Assembly (NCBI GenBank): GCA_032718475.1
Contig: JAUCBJ010004156.1
Coordinates: 1 to 64,000 of the forward strand
Length of the DNA: 64,000 nucleotides
Direction of reading: 5' to 3'
DNA from: Nemertoderma westbladi
Taxonomy: Eukaryota; Animalia; Xenacoelomorpha
Made by a program: the position numbers and the translations under genes. Shown here piece by piece: positions 53,919 through 64,000 of this stretch. The stretch's first letter is position 1. Every line of letters starts with the position of its first letter. The notes beneath the pieces are model-generated. The model had not been told where the DNA came from and ran no database searches. It was given only the letters and a program-made list of their open reading frames with translations.

Positions 53919-55665
53919 AAGTAGTTTTAGTACCAGTAGTATTAGTACCAGTAATTTTAGTACCAGTAGTTTTAGTACCAGTAGTTTTAGTACCAGTAGT
54001 TTTAGTACCAGTAGTTTTAGTACCAGTAGTTTTAGTACCAGTAGTTTTAGTACCAGTAGTTTTAGTACCAGTAGTTTTAGTACCAGTAGTTTTAGTACCA
54101 GTAGTTTTAGTATCAGTAGTTTTAGTACCAGTAGTTTTAGTACCAGTAGTTTTAGTACCAGTAGTTTTAGTACCAGTAGTTTTAGTACCAGTAGTTTTAG
54201 TAGCAGTAGTTTTAGTATCAGTAGTTTTAGTACCAGTAGTTTTAGTACCAGTAGTTTTAGTACCAGTAGTTTTAGTACCAGTAGTTTCAGTACCAGTAGT
54301 TTTAGTACCAGTAGTTTTAGTACCAGTAGTTTTAGTACCAGTAGTTTTAGTACCAGTAGTTTTAGTACCAGTAGTTTTAGTACCAGTAGTTTTAGTACCA
54401 GTAGTTTTAGTACCAGTAGTTTTAGTACCAGTAGTTTTAGTACCAGTAGTTTTAGTACCAGTAGTTTTAGTACCAGTAGTTTTAGTACCAGTAGTTTTAG
54501 TACCAGTAGTTTTAGTACCAGTAGTTTTAGTACCAGTAGTTTTAGTACCAGTAGTTTTAGTACCAGTAGTTTTAGTACCAGTAGTTTTAGTACCAGTAGT
54601 TTTAGTACCAGTAGTTTTAGTACCAGTAGTTTTAGTACCAGTAGTTTAGTACCAGTAGTTTTAGTACCAGTAGTTTTAGTACCAGTAGTTTTAGTACCAG
54701 TAGTTTTAGTACCAGTAGTTTTAGTACCAGTAGTTTTAGTACCAGTAGTTTTAGTACCAGTAGTTTTAGTACCAGTAGTTTTAGTACCAGTAGTTTTAGT
54801 ACCAGTAGTTTTAGTACCACTAGTTTTAGTACCAGTAGTTTTAGTACCAGTAGTTTTAGTACCAGTAGTTTTAGTACCAGTAGTTTTAGTACCAGTAGTT
54901 TTAGTACCAGTAGTTTTAGTACCACTAGTTTTAGTACCAGTAGTTTTAGTACCAGTAGTTTTAGTACCACTAGTTTTAGTACCAGTAGTTTTAGTACCAG
55001 TAGTTTTAGTACCAGTAGTTTTAGTACCAGTAGTTTTAGTACCACTAGTTTTAGTACCAGTAGTTTTAGTACCAGTAGTTTTAGTACCAGTAGTTTTAGT
55101 ACCAGTAGTTTTAGTACCAGTAGTTTTAGTACCAGTAGTTTTAGTACCACTAGTTTTAGTACCAGTAGTTTTAGTACCAGTAGTTTTAGTACCACTAGTT
55201 TTAGTACCAGTAGTTTTAGTACCAGTAGTTTTAGTACCACTAGTTTTAGTACCAGTAGTTTTAGTACCAGTAGTTTTAGTACCAGTAGTTTTAGTACCAG
55301 TAGTTTTAGTACCAGTAGTTTTAGTACCAGTAGTTTTAGTACCACTAGTTTTAGTACCAGTAGTTTTAGTACCAGTAGTTTTAGTACCAGTAGTTTTAGT
55401 ACCAGTAGTTTTAGTACCAGTAGTTTTAGTACCAGTAGTTTTAGTACCAGTAGTTTTAGTACCAGTAGTTTAAGTACAAGTCGTTTTAGTACCAGTAGTT
55501 TTAGTACCAGTAGTTTTAGTACCAGTAGTTTTAGTATCAGTAGTTTTAGAACCACTAGTTTTAGTACCAGTAGTTTTAGTACCAGTAGTTTTAGTACCAG
55601 TAGTTTTAGTACCAGTAGTTTTAGTACCAGTAGTTTTAGTCAGTATTTTAGAACCAGTAGTTTTA
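53919..55665 (+). repeat. 15-bp satellite, about 116 copies, intronic
   Basis: TTTAGTACCAGTAGT repeated; source of the FSTSS/VLVPV ORFs. Confidence 0.98.
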
Positions 55666-55885
55666 TTCCAAAATTTTAACATTTCAAAATTTCAGAAAAA
55701 TGAAAATAATTCAAACACTGTATTTTTTTTTTTAAATGATTGATATTCTATAGTCAAAAACTAATCGAAAAAGATTTCGAACGATTATTATCGACATTAT
55801 TTTCGATCAATTTTGGACAACCCTTCTCTTAAATTTGAATGTAATAAAATATTTAACAGAATAGGAAAATAAATGCAGAAGTTAC

Positions 55886-55963
55886 CTGTTGGTCTCTACA
55901 AGATTGTTAACTAGATCGATCTTACAATGGAGCCGACCAGCTGCAATAAATCTCGACAACTCC
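55886..55963 (-). CDS. Psmd6: Psmd6 exon, 78 nt (PCI domain)
   Basis: TTTTCCAG|[28 protein letters not shown]|GTAAC. Confidence 0.97.
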
Positions 55964-57830
55964 CTGGAAAATAAACAAATAAATAAACATTAACACTGGA
56001 CTCAAACTCAAACACTCAAAACTCTAAAATCAAGTAAAAATTAAAACTACACAATCATGTAGAATTGACAAGAAAACTGGATGAAAATAACAATAAATCT
56101 ATATTTTAAATGTTATACTCTTCTTTGTAGTAAAGGAAAGTAAGATATTTGGGGTTAATGACTTGTGTTTGTGTGATTACCACGTTGCATTCGGTTGCGT
56201 CCGCATATGAAACATAACATGTGAATGTGCTGAACTCCAGCACTCCGAGCGATACACAAACAACTTGCCCCGGGGTATACTTATGCCACCAGTTTGAAAC
56301 ATATAACCCAATCAGTTTGCAACAGATGCCTTAATTCTATACACCAAAACGACACAATCCGACTAGCTACATAATTGCCTATTAAACCCCTATCACTTTC
56401 TTGTTCTTTGCTTAGGATTCCCCCAATGGCCCGACAAAGGGCTGGGCCCCATTAATGAATGTTCGCTAATCCCATTAACTCGCATCGCTAGGCTTATACG
56501 ATTGATGCAAATTTATCTCCTTTTGCATATAAATCTCTCCCAACAAGGCCCAGAGATGCCACTACTGGGGGCACACGCCACTGACACTCTAAATAATTCA
56601 ACACATGGCCTCATGCATGATACACACACACACACATTGTAATACTGAATATATTGCACGCTCACTGTAATAAATTTCTATATTTATTGTAATATTCAAA
56701 TTTCTATTCTTGAATGTATTTTTTATTTAAGATAGCTAAAAATTACTTAGTGCCCAGCCTCTCAATCTGTAGATCATTCTAAGCAAAGGAAACCATTCGA
56801 TTAAATACAATAAAAACATTGAATTCCGTATTCTAATACAACTTTGCAATATGGAGCAGTTTGGACTAACTCTACACAAACTTTATGATACATCAATAGC
56901 ACGTAATATAAACCCATAAAGAGACTTAAACGTGTGGAGCAAGATGTTCAATTATATATGGCCCGTATATTATACAATCGAGAGCGCTAAAAGGGTTCCT
57001 ATCCGGAGACCTATATAAATACTCGGTTTTAGGGCCCCAAGAAGGAGGTTGATTGGGGAGGAATCCGCATAGGGACAATTACTGGGCGTCAACCGTTACC
57101 TCCAACCATTACAGGCAGGAGAACATCGGCAGCGTAATAAAACAAAAAAACCCAATCAAAGTCGCCTCACTTAATCATTCATTAGCAATATGGAGAACTC
57201 AGCGGCTGGTGAAGTTGCAAAATTAATAGCCAATTCTGAGCGCCACGCACAAAATGGGAATTAGCAATCAGGGTCTGGGGGTTGTAAACGCTGCATTAAG
57301 AGAGTTGGTCATAAAATTAGTTGATGGTTCCAATCAGGTAATTACTATACGAATCTGATCCATCAAAGGTATAGCTAATTGAGAGATACTCAACGATTCC
57401 AAACCCAAAGCAATTATATTGGGTGATCAGGATTTCTGTAAATTAAACCTACCGGTTTGTTGATTGCTGAGAATCATTACACCTGAACACAAAACCGGCG
57501 TAGTGGTAATATATTATATGAGTGAACAATAACGTGGTTGTTATAAATATTATTATTATTATGTGGGGCGAGCCACGAAAGTAAGCGAGCTTAGCATATG
57601 GGTACCACTATTCAGATCTCGTGCCTGTCTGATGAAGGTTGGTCGTTCAGCCTGTCGGTTTAGACTGAGTTTTTGTGAGGTCTTAAATCGACAGCAGGGA
57701 TCTAGTCTGCTCTAGATGGTAAAGTGTTAAGTGCACATCTACATCTGCTTGAATTATTCTCGAATTGGCACTGGCACGTCAGTAAAACAACATATTAGCA
57801 CCGCTCCCATTAAAAGTTACACACACTTAC

Positions 57831-57999
57831 CTATCTATGAACTGCGTGGTTACACCGAAAGCTGCGGCCATTTTATCCAGGGACAGAGACCGATATGACT
57901 GGAGCAACTGTTTGTACGCTAATATTCGCATCTCCCTCACGTAGTAACCTCTATGGGACGACCAATATCTATCGTCTTTTAATTCCTGTTCTATGGTGC
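57831..57999 (-). CDS. Psmd6: Psmd6 exon, 169 nt (PCI domain)
   Basis: TATTTTAG| [55 protein letters not shown] |GTAAGT. Confidence 0.97.
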
Positions 58000-59085
58000 C
58001 TAAAATACAGAGAGATAAATGAATGGATTAGAATTTTAAATGTAACAAAAAGGCCTATTAATTATGGGTGATTGAATATTTGATTGTTTCCAATTTCATA
58101 AAAACGAAATTTGACCTTTGTAATACAGAGGTTGCCTACAGTTTTGTAATAATCTATTACACAAGGTTTGACTCCAACTGCCTATAGCCCACACGCATAT
58201 ACTAAGACTTTTTTCTACCAGTAATAATGCCTAACTAGCGTTTTAACAACATCGTAACAATAAAAATATGAAATAAAGACCAAATTGTTAAGTCTAAAGG
58301 ACAACCCATTGTGTGGCATTGTATGTCCGGAACACAGACAATCCGACTACCACGAACAGCTTGATACATCCCAACACCAAAATTAGTCAGTTTGTATCAA
58401 TTGTGTAACCAACGTACGTCACAACAGGGTGGCCAAAAACCCATCGACCTTGACAAAAGCGAATCTCTCACGCAGCCACCGCACTATAGTAAAGGTGGTC
58501 ATTAAAGATTACAACGCCGGCCTCACGCCTAGTCCCACTGTTTGGCTAAAGAGCTTGCCGAGACTTAGGGGGTAACTAACGAACCTCAAAACGTAAGAGC
58601 AAAGGGGCAGCGAGTAGCGAGAAAGGAAAGGCTGTCCGGACCCAAACACAGGTAAAGGGAACGACAATTAACACCAAATTACTAAGGAAACAACCGGCAG
58701 CAATAGAGTGCAGCGCACGGCTCGAGCGCGTGTGTGTCGGCCATAGCAAGTAAATGTCGCACCAAGGACAACTGCGTATGGGGCTGTATTTAGAAGCAAA
58801 ATAGAATGTACATGAGATACATTGGTTGACAATGGGTTAATGAGTCTCTCACCATAATTAAAAGAAGATACATTCTATCGATAACGAAGGATGTAAGCAA
58901 ATTAAACTGTGGGTAGTCGAAAAATATGTGGTTCGTCGTAATATAATTGGGATAGATTTTACAATAAACAAAGTTAACAAGTGATTAAAAAGAAAAACAG
59001 AATCAGTGCGTGAATCGTGTTCGAAAAGTGTTAAAGCGTTATTTATCCACGATATCAACGCCTAAATCTAATAAACTGAGCTAAC

Positions 59086-59194
59086 CTAAGGCCTGGAAGA
59101 ATTCGTGGTATTTACAGTTGTATAACGAGAACAGCAGTTGGCGAACACTGGGAAGTTTGTGGAGAACTTCTAGAATACTGCCTTCAAAAACAAC
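59086..59194 (-). CDS. Psmd6: Psmd6 exon, 109 nt
   Basis: TGTTTTAG| [36 protein letters not shown] |GTTAG. Confidence 0.95.
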
Positions 59195-59380
59195 CTAAAA
59201 CAAAATGTAGAAATAGAAATTATAAAAATTAAGTAAAACAAAATAGAAAAAGTTTATACTCAATTAAAAAAAACATTATAAACACACTTTACTCGTGATA
59301 CGCAGACATATCATTGTATTTAAATGGCGATGTCTTAATTTACAAAGATATTACATTTAATAATAAAATGATAAACCAAC

Positions 59381-59600
59381 CTTATCTTTGAGCTGCTGTC
59401 TGTCTAAGGACAGTACCGATGTAAGAACCGTGTACTTTATACAAGTCTGGTAGTCCATCAGTTCGTAGCTAGTGAAGGTGGCCACGGAGTCTAGCAATAG
59501 GTTAGCAGCCGTAGTGAAGTCCCTTATGGTGATACAATGCAGAGACTGGTAGACCTTGAGACGATTGCGTCTGTCCCAATCACCCCCCTCGTCAATGAAA
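59381..59600 (-). CDS. Psmd6: Psmd6 exon, 220 nt
   Basis: [73 protein letters not shown] contains the Rpn7 signature [13 protein letters not shown]; GT-AG ends. Confidence 0.98.
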
Positions 59601-61500
59601 CTAAAACAATTAATAAGTTTGAAACGATTTAAAAAAATGTATCGATTGCGTTATAATGATTCGTATACGACCTCTAAGGGGATGTTGTCTTGGCAACGAT
59701 ATACGGGATTGGCTAGCCAGTATGATATATTAGTATAATTAGTATAATATTGTAGGGCCTATGTTAAAAAAAACAATGTTTGTTAGAAATGTATCTTCTC
59801 CTAAATTTCTAAACGAAATAAAGCGAAATTTTGCATAAAGCATGTCCTATAGGTGCTCCTTATGGGGTGTCGACAGAATTTTGATTGAGTGAATTCTACG
59901 ATTATGATCGGTCATTCTAGAATTAATTTCACTGCTGCTAGGCAACCAACAGGTCCCTCGCAACAAAACCCTGCATACACAACTAGGTCCGATAATGAAC
60001 CTATCATCAAAGTTTCATCCAATTCCATGAACATTAAGTGCAAGAAGTTGTGTGTACAAACAAACACACAAACAAACAAACAATCACGTGTGAGAAATAA
60101 GGACATCTATGATGGATCCGTCCAATGATACGTTGGGGTTAATGGACAACCTTGTAAACTATGGTACCATAATGGAGTTGATAATCTCGATGAACATTGG
60201 AAAATATGGCTGATTGTATCATTGTTTCTCTGTCTGGCGGCATTGCAGCATAGAGCAGCGGATGACCATGTCAAGATTGAATGACATTTTATGACAACTT
60301 TTATGATCAAGTTTTAAGATCAATGAAACTGCCAAACTGAGAATTTACGCGTTGACCTTTAAGTAAGTAATTTCTAAACTACCATTGGCCATTTGATCAA
60401 TAACTTCGATACGCCTAGAAGCCAAAGAAGACACACCTTTGTCTAAATTAATCACCACCGCAATCATATTATAGTCGCACATCACTGGATCCCACTACAT
60501 CGCAAAACTTATAACTGCGGATCCAAGTCCTATTGTCCTAAATAATCCAGAATAAAAGCCACCGTCCCAGAGAAAAGGGGCTAAACGCATTAGTGTCGCT
60601 TCAATTATATACGGAGGGATAGTGACAGGGCCTCCCAGGGATATAGCGCCAGTTTAATTCGCTTTCTCGGTGTAAGAAAGCAACATCTTCCCCAAAAGCG
60701 AAACGTTAATCAACTGAGCCGTACGACGCAGCGGGGAGGGAGGGGGGGGACTAACAACTACTGACAATACCCCGCAGAGCGCAAATTGAATTGACTTAAA
60801 AGTAAGAAACGTCCCTTTTTTATGGGTAAATCGAGGCATCTCATCCATTTGTTCGCATTCGCTTTATGTAAATATGCGGTGTTGTCAGATACTGTAAGGC
60901 TAACAGCTCTGCACCCAAATGCTTTCACGGCCATTATTCGGTGGTTATTTTGTTATGCGGGTCGTGTCAAAAGGAGCGATAATTTTAGCGGAAAAACACC
61001 ATTATAGGGTTGACAGGAGGTTCACACGGGAGAATGGAACTACCAATCAGTGGGTGAAGAAATATATTCGGTTTTCGCGATAAACAAGTTATAAAGGTTT
61101 AGGGAAATACTAAACGGTGGTTTCCGATTACAAAGAAATAGCAACAAGTTAAAAACGAAACACCGTGAGTAAATAGTCACTATGAGCATTAAAAGGATAG
61201 GACAAAATTATAAAATTAAGATGTAATATTACATACGGTAACTAATTAATACGTCCAATAATATTATATATAGCCAACTAACAAAGCCATCAAATCAAAC
61301 AACACAGACGCCACATTCAACAGACAAGATGCGTTCCACAGCACAGATCTAAAACCTATGCCTCCAACTGTAACACTAAAGGATAGCGTTTATAGTATGT
61401 AATGTACATCGGTCCTGTCTGTATGTATGTATGAGTGAGTGAGTAGGGTTATATCGATATTCTGTGTATATAAATCATAATGACATATAACAAACATCAC

Positions 61501-61646
61501 CTTTTTGCTTTCTCGATGTTCCGAGAAAGCAGATCGTTGTCCAGATAAAATAGACCAATTCGGAGGTAGAAAAATATTATGTCGAGTTTCTGGCCCACAG
61601 TCGGTTTCAATTCCAGGGTCTTTCTGAATTCCGTTAGAGCTGCATC
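61501..61646 (-). CDS. Psmd6: Psmd6 exon, 146 nt (most 5' exon found; earlier exons presumably beyond 64000)
   Basis: ATATCTAG| [48 protein letters not shown] |GTGATG. Confidence 0.96.
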
Positions 61647-62899
61647 CTAGATATAATGAAGAGAGAGGAACTGATATTAGAAAAATAAAAGAATTGCTAG
61701 AAATAATCAGGCCGAAGGATGTGAATATTAGATGGAGTTAAGCTAAATATAATGTTATGATAATTTTTCTCAAACTTTGTTAAATTTTGTTGTTAAATTT
61801 GAAATCAACGTACATGAAAAGTAAGGATAATCAAGTTAAATATCAACACGTCAGAACACAAATGGATGGGTGGAGCATGTGAACGTTAATGGAAAGGTAA
61901 GAAAGAGTCACGATCACGATCGGATGATAACTTATTTCTAAATGAACGCTCAACCAAAAGTAATGAGCAAAAAGCAAATAGAACGAGGTTGGCGGGGGGT
62001 TTGGGTTGGGTATGTGTAAGTGAAGTGGCCCCGAGTAAGTGGGTGTTGTGGGGGTTGTAGGAGACGTTCAGTCTGACGTTGAGTACCAGAGTACCTCGTG
62101 CAGTAATGTCGCCATCCGTTAACATATGTAGAACACGTAGTGGGCGCGGTAGCAGACGTTATCAATTAACCAAGTTGGAGCCCTCAAAGAGGCTTGGGTG
62201 TCATTCTCGACACTGATAAATACGTGGCTTATCAATTAACGCGGGTGTTAATAGCTTGGCTGAGATAGGCCGGGGTGGATATGGGTTGTACATTCTGGGT
62301 CGACGGACCAAGGAGATGTGAGGTGCTGCTATCAACCAAGCCAATAATTGATCAATGTTAGTTAGCAAGCGACTTGGTGTATCACTCAGAAAGAACACCT
62401 GATAACGGTGTTTAGCGTGCCTTAGTTAGCCTGTCAGAAGCGATATGAGTTGTGTAAGTGGTGGAATAGAGTTGTATGTTAATGATTAATCGGCCCTATT
62501 CGAATAAAAGCCCCTCAATAGCGCGTTATCTCGGATAAAAGATCGCCAAATTAACCTGGTAATTCTTCCTTCAAATCTAAAAAATGTTTCATTTTCATCT
62601 ATAATCAGATATAATTCGTTGATAAATGCAAATAACTTTCAATCTCAACAAGGTAAAGGCCTACTCGAGGTGAAAATAGGATAAATATATTACTAAGGAA
62701 AATATTAAACAGCAATTGATATATAATTGTCCAATACTTTGGTGCTACTTATAAATTAATGAAGTTAAAATTAAAAATCTATAAATTGTTTATCACGAAA
62801 TGACTCATTATATAAAATTGTACGATGTCAATGAAATACAAAGTGCTTTTATGTTCCTTTTTAGTGCGTTTCTATTTCAATAATTTTTTACAAATATTT

Positions 62900-63320
62900 T
62901 TTTATAATTCATCTAGAGCAGAATGTTATCACGATTTCAAATTTGAAAACTGTTTAGCAAGATCTGTCTGTCGAGATATGTCTGTCTGTCCGTTTTACGT
63001 CGGTTTGTCCGTCAGTATGTCTGTCCATCAATAAAAAGCATACTATAAAAATTCCATGTATGGGTTTTCATTGTCGGCGACTTCATTTCTGATGTCATTA
63101 TTCAAATTTGGCCTTGTCGGTCTGTCTGTATGCCTGTCTGTCAAAATATAACCGACAGTCTGACAGCCAAACACTCAATTCGGAATAAAATTGGCACTCG
63201 AAATGAATTCTGCGACCAGGAAAACCCCTATAGTTATATAGCTTTCTGTTGCTAGATATATATTGACAGACATTCTCACATATTAACAGACAGTTTTTGC
63301 GCGGGAAGGTTCAAACTTGA
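62900..63320. mobile_element. Possible Helentron/DINE-like repeat
   Basis: Several (TGTC/CGTC)n blocks and inverted GACAGAC motifs, as in the Fezf intron-2 element. Confidence 0.3.
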
Positions 63321-63744
63321 AAGGCAATTATCTCGGAATGGAATTTTTTCATTCCTACGAAATTAAAAATGCTACCCTTCTGCCAAAAAGTGTTGACCAA
63401 TACTTTTATTCAACTCTATATCCTAATTATATATACGAACTAACTAGTTATATAACTAATGTTTGTTGGAAGAGTAGTGTTTTAGTGTTTTTAGTAATAG
63501 TAATAATTTTATGCTACTAAATAGCACTAAATTATTATAACTATATTACAAACAACCTTCAGTTATCGATTGACCCTTATACTAATAATTATTCATTTTG
63601 GACACAGCCTTGCCCTGTTACTATTGGTTTTCATTGACTTGTGTTAAAATAGCCCCCCCCCCCCCCCCCCCCCTTAATCCGATGAAGTCACTACCAGAAA
63701 CGGTGTCACATACCGATATTCGATAACTAACAACTCCAACTTTT

Positions 63745-63950
63745 ACCTGGAAGGTCTCGGGTCGATCCCGTGACGAGACTGTTATCATTCCGGGACTGGG
63801 TGCCCACCCATCGATATGTGAACGGGGTTGGCTAGTTAGTGGGTTAAACCCTGGGAGTTAGAGCGGGAGTCTCCCTGCCAGAAGAGAAGTTCCTTCGGGT
63901 TTTCTCACAGTGTTACACGTTTAATGAGTCGCGTTCCGGTCCAGTTCTAT
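63745..63950 (+). mobile_element. Possible tRNA-derived SINE
   Basis: AAGGTCTCGGGTCGATCCCG resembles a tRNA variable loop and B box, followed by a ~200-bp GC-richer body. Confidence 0.3.
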
Positions 63951-64000
63951 AATTCGGTACATCTTTACATCAGATGAATTATAATAATCCTTGGGCGGTA

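Noticed and set aside
53824-55682. FSTSS/VLVPV/LKLLV repeat proteins
   Set aside because: Translation of a 15-bp satellite inside a Psmd6 intron, with a frameshift mid-array.
57625-57665. CTGATGA hammerhead core
   Set aside because: A stem II is possible but the required GAAA does not follow.

Overview
Eukaryotic (invertebrate animal) genomic DNA: AT-rich, spliceosomal GT-AG introns, and roughly a third of the window in tandem repeats. Two host genes lie in tandem on the minus strand. (1) A complete Fezf/earmuff-type transcription factor: 4 coding exons at 25896-28615, about 541 aa, with an N-terminal Eh1 motif, six C2H2 fingers and a possible second Eh1 in the tail. (2) The 3' part of Psmd6/Rpn7 (26S proteasome lid subunit): seven exons at 41278-61646, none called in the ORF track, including a 28-nt micro-exon followed by a 12-kb satellite-filled intron. 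The rest is mobile DNA: a nested DNA-transposon cluster (TIR host containing a TTAA/Kolobok-like MITE and a Merlin derivative), a foldback MULE-like element with a 9-bp TSD, Helentron/DINE-like elements, decayed Penelope-like, CR1/L2 and RTE retroelements, about ten minisatellite arrays, and an orphan zinc-knuckle ORF at the left edge. The best leads are a putative ancient Psmd6-Fezf regulatory block with candidate neural enhancers in Psmd6 introns, the micro-exon/intron gain, the second Eh1 motif, the orphan CCHC ORF, and satellites growing out of transposon ends. I see no evidence of a prokaryotic-type system (CRISPR etc.). All homology calls are from recognition of motifs, not database searches.
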